Source: Trichinella spiralis
Lineage: Eukaryota
Direction of reading: 5' to 3'
NCBI RefSeq assembly: GCF_000181795.1
Contig: NW_003526946.1
Span: forward strand, 615,351-679,350
Length of the DNA stretch: 64,000 nt
In this document: in pieces, positions 10,683 through 24,100 of the stretch
Numbering within the stretch: position 1 is the stretch's first letter
Layout: each line of letters opens with the position of its first letter
The notes under the pieces: generated by a model
Told to the model about the DNA's origin: nothing
Databases searched by the model: none
Seen by the model: only the letters and a program-made list of their open reading frames with translations
Program-made: the position numbers and the translations under genes

Positions 10683-12097
10683 TTTTTAAAACCCACTCCA
10701 CTTTGTTCGAGGCGCTCTATCAACTCGTAAATGACAAAGTTGAAGAGAAGAGGGGAAATGGGGTCTCCCTGGCTAATCTCTATTCTATTACTAAATACCC
10801 CTCCATCTCCCTTGATGACGGTGCTGCTTCCAGTGACCATTTCCCAGATTAGTGCCCGTGAGTCAGTGTCAAGCCCATGCATGCGGAGGGCTCCATCAAT
10901 CGAGGAGTGGTTGACTGTGTCGAATGCTTTTGCTATGCCTACACAGACGATGTTGACTTACTTTCCAGACTTATGGGCCTCGTTGACGATGGTCGTACGG
11001 GTGGTGATGTTGTCAGAGGCGCCATCCGTGCCTGACCGGAAGGCCTTTTGACGGGGGTGGAGGGAGATACAGTTATCTAGCCGCTTCGTTACAATTTTGC
11101 TGAAGAGCCGGTATACACATGAAGCGATGGTGATTGGCAGGTAGGTCTTCAGCGTCGGGGAGGGGATCATCGGTTTTGGGGATTATTGTCGTCCGACAAT
11201 CCTCGAGTTGTTGGGGAATGTGCCCTGCGAGAAGAAAACAGTTAAAGGACTTCGCTAGGCACACCCGGTCGCATGTACGAAGATGCGACACCTGTATACC
11301 GTCAGGGCCCGCTGACGTGTGTATTTTCATTTTTTGGAGGCGCAGCGTAACCTCTTCCGGAAAAATGGTATCTGGTATGTTGTTCGAGTTTTCGCGGCAT
11401 TTACAAATAAATATAGAGCGCACAATCCACATAGGGAAGCTAACTCAATCGCTGTCGTAGAGCGGACTCGGCGACGTCGATTGGGCAGCTCACATTAGAA
11501 AGGGGCTGGTTCTTGAGAAGGTTGGTCGCAATACGTTTGCGGTCTCGCTTGAAGAGCGATTGAAAACTGTGCGTACCTGCTTCGAATCTTCTGTTCTTCT
11601 TCTCTGGTACGCTTCTTGGGGGGAGAAGGGGGTTGATGATCATTTGGTTTACGCGGAAACTCAGTAAGGACGTTAACAACACCGTCAACATATGTATAAC
11701 GTTCCTTATCGTTAATGTTTAATACTTCGTTAATAAGAAAATTTATAAACCCCTCCATCTCAATATTGCTGGAGTTTAAACATTCCTCCAGACAGGTGCG
11801 CAGATCCTTCCCTTGCTCCCGATCCTTTAGTTGGGGGCTTATGGCATTACTAATATTATTGAGGAATGGCATAATATGGTCTACGTTTTCAAAGTGCGTC
11901 CCGAAAATTTCGCACTCTGAAAGTAAGCCACCAAAGCCAATTGTTTCCACTCCCACGCGCGTTGCCCTACTTATAGAACTTCCGCATACCGTTCTTATTA
12001 TATTTTTAGAAACTTCCCCAGGACAGCCGGAAGTAACACCATCAAACGATAAATTTTCATTATAACTAATTGGTGGAGATGTTCTCAAATGCGCCAT
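10683..12097 (-). mobile_element. R2 fragment (spacer, linker and RT domains 0-4), frameshifted
   Basis: QSLFKRDRKR, NQPLSNVSCP, SAGPDG, RTTIIPK, RQKAF, QGDPISPLLFN. Confidence 0.85.
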
Positions 12098-12580
12098 CCC
12101 AGCCTAACCGGAAGGCCTTTTGATGGGGGATGAGGGGGTTCACTTCATTTAGCGGGCCGTTACAATCTGGCTGAACAGCCGGAATATGCAAGAGCCTTTA
12201 GGACCTGGGAGATATGTCTCTAGCAAGTGACCTTAGAGAGACAGTGGGGGACAATTTCACGAAGGGCGGACACCTTGACTCCATCGAGGCCCGAAGCAGA
12301 GTCAAGGTTCATCAGTTTGACGTATTCACTCACTTCACAGTACACACTGTATTGTTTATAAGGGCGCGCCTCAGAAAAAAGGGGGAGCGGTCAGTAGATA
12401 GCTGCTTACCCAGTCTTACTGCAGAACTACAGTATACCAAACTGTAGAGGATTCGGAGCTTTCTGATGGTCTTTCGCAACGTCCAGAGGCTTTCACAGAG
12501 TGCGGATAGTGGGAGGCGAATGAGTTAATAGAGCGTAACGGCTTCTCACAGATGCAACGAGTACAGCGCAGTGCGACTTC
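12090..12580 (-). mobile_element. Internally deleted fragments of a more divergent R2 lineage (zinc finger, SASGLDGVKVS, PHQKAFR)
   Basis: C..ICEKPLRSINSFASHYPH zinc-finger remnant, KLMNLDSASGLDGVKVSALR, PHQKAFRLGWDGAF. Confidence 0.7.
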
Positions 12581-15500
12581 AACCAGGAGAAAACACATTC
12601 GGTTTCGTTGCAAACCATTCCACATTTGACAACAGTCCAAGAACGTTGTTGTCCAAACACGTCTGTTCTTCCGCTGTACTGCATACATAAAACGGCATCC
12701 AGATGAAATATCAGTCATTGAAACAGCAATCAGTGACAGGATTGTAAAATTTCAATGACGCCTTCACATGCGAAATCATAAAAATGATTCATACGATCAA
12801 CAACAACAGAACCATCTTCCATAAAAATTTCTGATTTTTTCAATTTGCGCAAACAAAGTTCATCGACATTTCCAATTTTACACTTTGCGAGCAAAAAGCG
12901 TGCAATCGTTATCATGATTACTGGGACAAATCAAAATAAAAACATCTAACCATCACAACCAGCTACCAGAGCTGACATCACCGAGCGAATGTCGTAATTC
13001 TGAACAGGGTAGACCCGATCTTCCACCTGACTCCGCCTACTTTTTCACACTGAAATTTCATTGGTTGTTGCCCGCCTACTTTTTCGCAGTAAAATTTCGT
13101 TGGTTGCTGCTCTGACACGCCTCTAAATTTCATTTGTTGTCATTTCTCTGCATTCTATTTGTCAAATTTTATTTCATTCTATTTGTCAAATTTTACTTCT
13201 AATCTTTCGACTGTTTTCAAATAATTCTGTTGTTCTCAAATTGAGAAAAGTAAGAAAATGAAATTACGATGAAAAAATAAAAAAACAAAACAATACAATG
13301 CAGATACAATGCAATGCAGTACAAATAAAATACAATCCACCACTTGAATGGTCGCATTAACCTTTATCTTACTGAAATTTTATGCGTTAAATTTATATTG
13401 TATTTACATGAAGTAACAGAAATTGTAAAGAAATTAAGTAAACAATGTTTAAAGCATAAATTTAAGGTTTTTCTCATAATTTAATGATGAGTAGAACTGA
13501 ATTTCCAAAAGGGAACTTCGCCTGCTTTTTCACATTTAAATGAATGATTGTCGCACTAGAAAGTTCCATTTGCTAAATATTCCTTTTCTATCAATGGTAA
13601 GTTTTCTAATTCGAGGTTTCACTGTTTTTCATTTATGTATTCATGGCATGGCATCATAGCTGATAATTTTTCTTAACTTTATGATATTGCATATTTAATT
13701 TTTATATAAAAAACAGAATTTTTTGATTTACATAAAAAACGGAACTGCTGTTCATATAGACGCAGCGCAACATTAAATGGTTCGAAACAAATAAGTTGAT
13801 AAAAAGCAAACTTTTAAAAAAAACAGTTATTCTGGTCGGTGCCATTTACAGCTTTCTTTCTGTTAGCATTCTCAAAGTGGTTTACTTTTATCACGCCGAA
13901 TGCATAAATACTGTTCAGAAGAATCCCAACCCTAACAGTTGCTTTGCTTGTCAGATAAATTACATTTTAGCTAGCAATTATGTGAGATTTATGCATAGGA
14001 TGCTTTTCCGTTTGTCAGAAAATATTCTGATTAGCTAATGGCGATTGTAATACAATGGAAAAATCAACAAGTGATGAATTGTCCACAGCTGCAGTTGTCA
14101 GCTTAAACTTAGCATGGCAACTGCTAACTTGTTAGCATTTAAATACTTTTCAAATTTCAGGCTGACTGTTCTCTGAAAATGTTTCCTGATGGCAATTAAA
14201 GATTTCATTTTCAACTTCAGAAAGTTTTGACTTCTTTCATCAGTGTTATTGTTTAAAGTCGCATATTTTATTTAAATAAAAAATTAAAAATCTGCTATAT
14301 TATTTACAAGTCAAAAAACAAATTTATTTATATATTTCGTGTAAATTGTAAACTTTCTATTTTAACATCTGAACGAAACCGACTAGTGCGTTGGTGAATA
14401 CCAGAAATTAGAATTTCGGTATTTGTGTTCAGCATGATGCCATAGAAAAGCGCAAGGGATAAATTCAAGCAATAATACTGCTAGTCTGGAATTTTTACAA
14501 TACATCAGGCAGACGTTTTCTCAAATGGATAATTCACTGCTTGATCCAGGCAGCAAACCCTTTGATATTGCCCAGATATTGTTCACTCCAAACAATGGGA
14601 TGAAAGTTATGGCAGCAAATGAGAAATCAACATATGCTTCATGCTTGCCGACGATGATAATCAGCAATGATCATATTTTGGCAGAAAATATGCAATGCTA
14701 GAGGAAGATAACGTTCCTACTTATGATAAAGTGAACTTGAGATGAAAAATAATTTTCTTTTTCTTTCACTTTAAATGATTTTTAAATCCAACAGATACTT
14801 TTTGATCTGGAATGTGCAACATGTGGTTATCATCGTAATACAACAATTGCAACTTGAATGTTTAATCAACCAAGTTGTCGGTTTTACTTTAGATATTGAA
14901 AGAGAAATTTAAAATAATTTACACAAAATATATAATTACAAATTTTTTACTTTAAACAAAATTCCAGATTTTATTTTTTATTTAAATGAAACATAAGAAG
15001 AAAAACAATAACTCTTGTGAACAGCATCGAAAGAAAGATTGGAAGATTAAATTCTTTTGCAAGCCAGAAATATTTTCAAAGAACACTACAGCTGAAATCA
15101 GAAAAGTGTTTCGATGCTAAAATTCAGCAATCACCACTCCCAGTTTTAGCTGAAAACTGCAGCTGTAGACAATTTATCAATTTTAGATTTTCTCTTTGTA
15201 CTTGAGTAGCCTTCAACTAGCCTTCATCAGAACAATATCTGACAAATAGAAAAGAACCTTAGGCATAAATCTGATTTAATTGTTAGCTAAGAAGGTAATT
15301 TATATGACGACTGAAAGCAACTGTTGGCTGACATTTCTTTTGAACGGTATTTTTAATTTTAAACTCGAATGGATGAATAAAAGTCAAGCGCTTCGAAAGC
15401 AGAAAGTGATGAACAGCACCAAGCAGAAAAGCTGTTAAAGCTGCTTCAAATTCACTTTGCAGTGTACGCGAAAAGAAATGGCTTGCTTGTGATATTACNN

Positions 15501-18500
15501 NNNNNNNNGGATAATTTCACTGCTTGATCAAGGCAGGCAAACCCTTTGATACTGCCCAGATATTGTTCACTCCAAACAATGGGAATGAAAGGTAAGGCAC
15601 CAAATGAGAAATCAATATATGCTTTATGTTTGCCGACGAGGATAATCAGCAATGATCATATTTTGGCAGAAAATATGCAATGCTAGAGGAAGATAATGAG
15701 AGATGAAAAATAATTTTCTTTTTCTTTCACTTTTGTTTGTTAAAATAATTTCTAAATCCGACAGATCCTTTTTGATGTGGAATGTTCAACATTTGGTTAT
15801 CATCGTAATACAACAATTGCAACTTGAATGTTTAATCAACCAAGTTGTCGGTTTTACTTTAGATATTGAAACAGAAATTTAATACAATTTACACAAAATA
15901 TATAATTACAAATTTTTTACTTTAAACAAAATTCCAGATTTTATTTTTTATTTTAATGAAACATAAGAAGAAAAACAATAACTCTTGTGAACAGGAGCGA
16001 AAGATTGGAAGATTAAATTTTTTTGCAAGCCAGAAATATTTTCAAAGAACACTACAGCTGAAATCAGAAAAGTGTTTCGATGCTAAAATTCAGCAATCAC
16101 CACTCCCAGTTTTAGCTGAAAACTGCAGCTGTAGACAATTTATCAATTTTAGATTTTCTCTTTGTACTTGAGTAGCCTTCAACTAGCCTTCATCAGAACA
16201 ATATCTGGCAAATAGAAAAGAACCTTAGGCATAAATCTGATTTAATTGTTAGCTAAGAAGGTAATTTATATGACGACTGAAAGCAACTGTTGGCTGACAT
16301 TTCTTTTGAACGGTATTTTTAATTTTAAACTCGAATGGATGAATAAAAGTCAAGCGCTTCGAAAGCAGAAAGTGATGAACAGCACCAAGCAGAAAAGCTG
16401 TTAAAGCTGCTTCAAATTCACTTTGCAGTGTACGCGAAAAGAAATGGCTTGCTTGTGATATTACAATCATAATGCTGCTTATCTCAGCACACATCCAATA
16501 TTTATCATTACGATTTATCCGATTCAGTGTGTAGAATTTTCTTTTCAATACTAATTTCTTTAGTACCTTTTTGTAATTACAAACTGAATTAAATCATTAT
16601 TTGCCTCCATCATTAAAAGATATCAAAGGAACGATAAGGAAAAGAGCACAAGGAAATTCACGCTATACACAGCAGTAAGAGAAATTAGCATTTGCACCAT
16701 TCCGGTTGATTTGTTTAGCTTAATTAGCTGCGACATGCTTCATGCCCAGCAACATTTTACTTCCTGCTTCATAAGTGTACTTCTCGCTTACTCCAGTATT
16801 AATAATAACGGAATCTATTTCCGTGTTTATTTTCTGTTCATTGCCGTCCAGTCCAGAAAGCCGTATCCATCAGAATTTCAGCAAACAAAAAATCTCATAT
16901 ACACGATATCGGATATCTGATTCATCAATTTCTTATGATGAGTTATTACAACAGGCAAGCAAATACAATGTACAATGTCCAAATAGAATGGCAACGAACA
17001 GTTTTTTCACCCATCAGATAAATAACGCTTTAGCTGGCAATTATATGAAATTTATGCATAAGATGCTTTTCCATTTGCCAGAAATTGTTCTGCTGAGTAG
17101 CTAATGGCGATTTTAGTAGAATGGGAACATTTAAAATTTATNAAATTGTCTACAGCTGCAGTTTACAGCTANAAACTTGGAGTGGTGATTGCTGAATGTT
17201 AGCATCGNAAACACTTTTCNTGTTTTCAACTGTAGTGTTCTTTGAAAATATTTCTGGCTTGCAAAAGAATTTAATCTTCCAATCTTTCTTTCGCTCCTGT
17301 TCACAAGAGTTATTGTTTTTCTTCTTATGTTTCATTTAAATAAAAAAAATAAAAATCTGGAATTTTGTTTTAAAGTAAAAAAATTTGTAAATTATAACAT
17401 TTTTGTGTAAATTGTAATTTAAATTTCTCTTTCAAATATGTAAAGTAAAACCGAAAAACTTGGGTTGATTAAACTTTCGGTTTGATCCCACTTGGTCCCA
17501 CTTCTGTTCCCATTCGGTCCCACTGTTCAAGTATTGGTCGTAGTCCTTGATATTTTATTAGCCCGTAAAGTCTTTGTCGTATCGGTTTCCCTTGTTTGAT
17601 TGCTCATTGATTCAAATCTTTCCCCTGTGATTAGCTGTAATATTTGGAATCCACCACAGNNNNNNNNNNTAATACAGTTGGGGTAAATAGTATTAAATTT
17701 ATCTTTCAATATCTAAAGTAAACCGAGTACACATTCAAGTTGTAATTCTTGTATTATTATGGTTCAACATTCCAGATCAAAAAATATCTGTTGCATATCG
17801 AAATTCTGTTGATTGTACCAAACAAAAGTGAAAGCAAAGAAAATTATTTTTTTTTGCTCTTTTACCATCGTAAAAAGTCATTACATGTAAAATTATGAAA
17901 ACAAAAAATGACTTAGATAAACACGCTTATTTAACATCTCTTTGTTATCTGTTCTTCAGACTGATCATTTGTTACTTCTGTATTTTTGTAGAATAATGCA
18001 ATTAGATAATCAAGATATTTAATTTGTAAAGAACAAAACCGTCAATTCTATTTTTCATTTATTTCACTTCTCAATGCTTATCATTAGCTTGTGCTATTTT
18101 CCGTATCGTAGGTTTGAGATGTGATATCGAATGATGAGAATAAATAATAATGAATTTCCGTTTGTATCTTGAAGAACCGACATAAGCCAATACACAAAGG
18201 GAGATGCCACACGCTGAAGTGCACAAATCATAATGACAAATACGGGTTGTGAATAAACATGCAAACAATGGCTTAATGTAGCACATTATTATTGTAATAT
18301 TACAACAATCCATTTTTTCAATATAACGATTAGTTGGTTGCCGTAGCACAGTGTTTGTCTACAACTTTAGAAATGGACTTTTTTTTTCATATTTATACGT
18401 TATTGCCCATCTTGCCCATGGTATATATTTTATTAAAGTTCTGATTTGCTTGTTGTTGTAAATGGAATTTCTGTACTATACATTTGCTTAGTTCTGAAGC

Positions 18501-18876
18501 GCTTACATCGAATAGCAGAAGTTTCTGCGAAAACAGTCCGTTGATCAGCATAGATGTGAGGAAATAAAATGCAAAAGCAAATTTACAAGAATAAAATTAA
18601 GCAATAAGATAATCTTTTGTTAACAGTGAAATGTAAAGCGCAAGAGCTTCTTAAAAGCATCATATTGATAAATTGTCTACAGCTGCAGTTTTCAGCTAAA
18701 ACTGGGAGTGATGATTGCTGAATTTTAGCATCGAAACACTTTTCTGATTTCAGCTGTAGTGTTCTTTGAAAATATTTCTGGCTTGCAGAAGAATTTAATC
18801 TTCCAATCTTTCTTTCGCTCCTGTTCACAAGAGTTATTGTTTTTCTTCTTATGTTTCATTTAAATAAAAAATAAAA
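12240..18876. repeat. Direct segmental duplication of ~27890-33257 (contains N gaps and an extra tandem unit)
   Basis: Near-identical ORFs at 12730/28378, 15956/30624, 16775/31433, 18071/32449 and 18583/32961. Confidence 0.85.
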
Positions 18877-18886
18877 NNNNNNNNNN

Positions 18887-19600
18887 GAAGTTTTGTCATT
18901 CATTGAAATTCTGTTTATTTAAATATATTATTTGTGGTGTAGTATATACTTTTTCATTATCAGTATTTTTGAAAATAATTTTTATCATTATTCTATATTT
19001 TATTGTATTAAAGTGACGTTATATCAAATGCGATAGTAATCATTCAGAAAAAAACAATACAAAAAATAAGTTAAATAGTGATTTTTATTTTTCACTAGCC
19101 AACAGCACTAACAACAACATTAAAAAACAACAGTGAACGACATTAACAAAGTGGAAACAACGAAAAAGGAAAAAACTCAATAATGCAATACAATGAAATA
19201 AAAAACTAATATAAATAAGCGGTGGCCAGGGGCATTTTTATCTTCTTCCTTGTTTCTTCTTCGGTCTANNNNNNNNNNAAGTGTTCATCCACAGCCAGCC
19301 TTCGATGTGATCATTCCGCCTGGATCACGTTGTTCAATCAGGTTGGTCCATTCGGCACCCACCCCAGCCCTTTTTATCCTATACCAAATTAAACTAATCC
19401 GTAATAATTAAGGAAACACACTGTACATTTAGCACATACCTGCGAGCACCTCCTATATTTTTTTCTGGCGGCACGTTTAATTTATATGCCCTGCGTTCAT
19501 AAACACCCCCACCATATCACCGCAACGATTTTGCACAACATGCAACTCAGGTACATTAGCTATAGGCAAAAGAAAGAAAATGATTTCAATAACTCAGGAA
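18887..19600 (-). mobile_element. Internally deleted copy of the first FLYWCH-MULE family (its terminal piece lies at 17480-17659)
   Basis: 18887-19210 matches 1031-1385 and 19279-19595 matches 5329-5655. Confidence 0.75.
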
Positions 19601-21799
19601 CGAAAGCACTGGTCTCAAAGACAACAGCAAAGGAAAGTGAATTGGACGATTTTGAATTTCATTTTATATAACCATTTTGCAACATTTAGTTTTCATTTCT
19701 CATTGATTTATTACCGATTTCCCTTCTGATATATAAATCTGCTCTGACTGTTTGTAAATAAATTTGTTGCCTGTTGAAATTTATCAAGATTGGATGTTAA
19801 CTTCCGTTTGTAATATCAGAATACTGAATAATCTGTTTGAAAAATCTGGAATGTTGTGGCAACACTTCCAATTTTCGGGTTACAAATGGCACTAATGCTA
19901 ACGTTGCGTGTTAGCTCGCAATTTCATTTAATTTTACGCATGATTTCACGCATATGCCTTTGTCAAACATTGTTCGCGTTTCTCGTCACATCGCATATGT
20001 TGGTAAAGGCGATTTTAATACAAGGGAAAATGCACAATTGACAAATTGCTCACAGTTGCAGCTTTCAACCTAAACCAAGGAGTGACAAATACTAAGTTGT
20101 TAGCATCTGATTAATTTCTTGATTTTACTGGGAGTGTTCTATTTAAATCTTTCTTGTTTGCAATCCAAGAATTTTACTTTAATATTTACAAAGTTTTTTT
20201 CGTTACGAAACATCCATATATGTATTTTTATACATGTCGATTAGTTTTGCTGTTTGTATGAAAAATCCTGTTTGACGTACGTACATTTCACATAAAATAC
20301 AGTCGAACTTGGTTAAGTGCCTAAGATTTTGGCCGAAAAAAATTCCCTGTATTTAATTAAACGATAAAATAATGGATAAGTGCATGAAAATTCTTGCCAA
20401 ATTCCATGCTCACTTATATCCAAGTTCAAATGTAATTTGAAATGCAACATCAAACAGATCAGCTACATCATAGGCGCAGCTTTTGATGCGAAATGTTTAA
20501 ATATTTCGTTATCATTAAAATATATACACTGAAAGGTTGCAAATGGAAATGATAGTAGATGGCAATTTAAGTGTTCACCAACGCACTACTCGGTTTTGTT
20601 CAGATGTTGAAATAGAAAGTTTACAATTTACACCAAATATATAAAACTAATTTTTTTGATTTTTAAATAATATTGCAGATTTTTAATTTTTTATTTAAAT
20701 AAAATATACGAAGGAAAACAATAACACTGACGAAAGAAGTCAAAACTTTCTGAAGTTGAAAATAAAATTCTTTGATTGGTAACAAGAAAGATTTTCATAG
20801 AACAGTCAGACGAAAATTCAAAATGTAATTCGATGCTAACAAATTAGCAGTTGCCATGCCTAGTTTTAGCTGACAACTGCAGCTGTGGACAATTCATCAC
20901 TTGTTGATTTTTCCATTGTATTACAATCGCCATTAGCTAATCAGAATATTTTCTGACAAACGGAAAAGCATCCTATGCACAAATTTCATTTAATTGCTAG
21001 CTGAAACGTCATTCATCTGATGAACTGAGATAAATGAGTGTAAAACACTTTGAAAGCAGAAAGGAAGCGAGAAGCAGAATATCAGTTAAAGCTGCTTCAA
21101 ATTCACTCTGCAGTAGACATCGGATACTTTGATGTTGGCATTCGTGCGCTATTTGTGTGTGATTAATTTTATTCTGTCAGTATCAACAAAAGCCATTAGT
21201 GTCACAAGGAATATCAAAAGTTGATCTTCGATTGTAGATAAAATGTGAAATGAAAACTAAATATTGTTGCAAAATGGTTATTTAAAATGAAATTCAAAAC
21301 TGTCCAATTTATTTTCATTTTTGATCTTGCGTTTCAGTTCAGTGCTTTGCGTTCGAGAGTTATTAGATGATGGGCGAAATAAATCTTAGTGTACATTCCA
21401 TTGAACAGTAGTTGCTTGCCTGTTGTACTGATTCATCACAAGAAACTGATGAATCAAATATCAGATATGGTCGTGAATCTGAAATTTTTTGCTTGCTGAA
21501 ATTCTGAACTAGAAACGGGCTGTATTTTTCATAGATATCAATACCCGTATTACTAATACTAGAAGAAACGAGATATACCTCAGATTCAGGAAGCAAAGTC
21601 CTATTGGGTATAAAGCTAGACAACTGACTCAGCTAGACAAATAAACCTGAATAGTGGAAAAGCTAAAAAAATTCAAGACTGCTAATTCTAGTTTCCCTTA
21701 CTGCTGCGTTTAGCGTTAAATTCCTTTTGCAAAAGTGATTTAAAATGGAATTCAAAATTCTGAAATTCATTTTCGGTTGGTTTTGCGTTTGCGTTCAGT

Positions 21800-22450
21800 G
21801 CTTTGCGTTCCAGAGTTATTCGAATCATTCTCTATTCGGTTCCTTGTTATGGCTGATGTCCCTGAGTTACATCTTGTACCAAATCGTTGCGGGATTTGGT
21901 CCAACTCGGTGGTATGGTAGGCAGGATATATAAATTAAAACGTGCCGGCAAACAGAAATATTGGAGGTATGCCCTGAATGTACAGCATATGTTCCTAGTT
22001 ATTAACAATTACTTTATTTTAGTATATGATAAAGAAGGCTGCGGGGGTGCAGTGTGGACATATTTAGAAGTTCCGGCTGGGATCGATAGAAAAGATCACG
22101 TTGAAAATTGCCGGGTAGATGAGCACATTGCCTATATAGACTGATGGCAACCATAAAAACTTGGGATACGGATGGTACATTCAAGTTTGTACTTCAGTGA
22201 CATCAACAGTTTTTTAGCGAGTAAGCTGGTGCCAGTAGTCTGTTGCTCTGAACGGGTAAAGATATTGGCAAATAAGAGTTCATTTTTCAAGCTTTAATAA
22301 TCAAAGCGGCTGTCCTTAGGGTCAATCTTTATCCACAAACAATAATTTGTAATCTTGAAATCGCCCTGATACCACTTTGTTAATGCCGTTCACTGTTGGT
22401 TTTTGTTGTTGTTGTTGTTGGCTATTTTGCAGAACGACATAATCCTTACT
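21800..22450 (+). mobile_element. FLYWCH-MULE relic, same family as 781-5640
   Basis: ATG at 21849 MADVPELHLVPNRCG, GRIYKLKRAGKQKYW, GCGGAVWTYLE..KDHVENCRVDEH, DGTFKFV. Confidence 0.8.
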
Positions 22451-22592
22451 CGACATTAGCTGTTTATGAGCACAACAAAAGCTTGAAGCTTCGATTACGT
22501 AAATGCATTTTGAAAATGTTGCGGTTGCACAGTGCAATACGATGTAATAAAATAACGGTCCATAAAAACTGTGGTAATTGCTCAACAATGGT

Positions 22593-22738
22593 GCTCAACA
22601 GTGTCTTCTTTCCCCGCTGATTTTGCAAAGCCCGTTCCCTTGGCTGTGGTTTCGCTACATAGTAGATAGGGACAGAAGGAATCTTGTTGATCCATTCATA
22701 CTCGTCACTAATTAATTAAATGACGAGGCATTTGACTA
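22593..22738 (-). rRNA. 28S rRNA gene fragment (pseudogenic, ~146 bp) starting exactly at the downstream side of the R2 insertion site
   Basis: Minus strand reads TAGTCAAATGCCTCGTCAT..ATTAGTGACG.G.ATGAATGGAT..GCGAAACCACAGCCAAGGGAACGGGCTT..AATCAGCGGGGAAAGAAGAC.CTGTTGAGC, the conserved eukaryotic LSU sequence that follows AAGG^TAGCCAAATGCC. Confidence 0.92.
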
Positions 22739-24100
22739 TTGTGACTTTATTTTTGTTTCTCCCTTAGCGGGCAGTTGCGTAGGTTGCGTTATTAATCGAT
22801 CCTGTTTAAATGGTGCTATATATAAGCGAGTAAAACGAGAACTCTAGTGGTCATTTGGACTGACAGAGCAAGGCAAATACAAGCGATCATCTAACAGCAG
22901 TTGTACGCTTAAGCAAATGGTAATTGCGAATGTTGGTAATAATGGGATGTCAGTATAACTAACAAAGAATGGTAACAATAAACAGTAACAAAATTTATTC
23001 TGGCATTGAGCAAATAAAAAGCAGAGATATAACGGGAAGTGAGAGATTTGAGAAAGTGAAAAGGGAATCAGTTAGCCGAAGTACTGCGTCAAATAGCATG
23101 AACCGTCCATGAATGCCAAATATATTCGGATTCAGTGCTCCATCGACAGCCAGCACCAAAATTATTTCGTCTTCTTTGACAGCGCGAGGCCGGCAGCTTT
23201 CGGTCTTTTCGTCTGCTTTGGCCCTGCGCCTCTGCTGCCAATGATGAACCCATGTGATTCAACTTCTCCGACATTTAGTACGTCACGCACTGTTGGAACT
23301 GCCGCTTCGTACTTTTCAGCATTTTGGCGATGGAGAAGACGAAATGGTCGACCACCTTCCCAGCAAATCGCTTTATTGTTCTTGACGAGGATCACATCGG
23401 GATTCAAAGCGCCAGCTGGAGTTGACAGTTTCACCTCTTTGTAGACAGTGAAGTCTTGTTTAGAAGCTGTTTCACATAGACTTTCTACGATGGAATTGTA
23501 GCGTCTGATGATCATTCCATGGCTGGCTAAGCATTTCTGGCAGATGTGGACCAGTGTTCCAACGGCAGCGCTGCAGTGACGACATGATTTCTGTTCTAGG
23601 TCGGCCGCGGTGTAATTCCTGCCTTGCACAGCCCACAGCCGTTCCGGATTCAGGAATTTTCTAAATTTTGTTGGAATTCCCTCCAGCCATTACATTGGTA
23701 GGATTTCCCGAACTCTTCAAGCCTCTTGGTTTTGACTGCTTTGATTGCGGTATGAAGAGTTTTCAGGTTTGCAATCATGCTTCCCGGCATGTCGCGTCCG
23801 TTGGCCATTAAGGTAAGCGCCTTCACCGTGCTGAACCGGGCGTGTTCCTCGAAAGAAACAAGGCCCAGCCCGCCATTATTCGAGGGATTTAGAAGTAGAG
23901 TTCGTGCATATCTCAGTGGTGGCTGAGTGCACAATTCGTTTTACAAACCCTCGAATCATGCGGTCTATCAGCGCGGCTTTCCTGCAGTCAGCATAAGGTG
24001 CATTAAACCAGAAGTGGAGTCGGAGGATAAGGTGTGACGTAATTATAACCACCTTCTGTTCTAGTTCCGACTAGACAGGTGATTATCGGCACCGAGTTTA
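22739..24100 (-). mobile_element. R2 3' part (thumb, CCHC knuckle, RLE endonuclease, 3' UTR) of a distinct lineage
   Basis: GGLGL, CRHC...LVHICQKC, RRYNSI, NPDVILVK. The 3' UTR ends AATAAAGTCACAA, directly joined to 28S TAG(T/C)CAAATGCC. Confidence 0.85.

Noticed and set aside
15956..16171. Repeated small ORFs beginning MKHKKKNNNS as a small-protein family
   Set aside because: They fall in a repeat with frame-breaking indels between copies, and reading-frame conservation is inconsistent.
22593..22738. Functional rRNA gene
   Set aside because: Only ~146 bp, with substitutions and a small insertion, and no flanking rDNA. Treated as a pseudogenic fragment.
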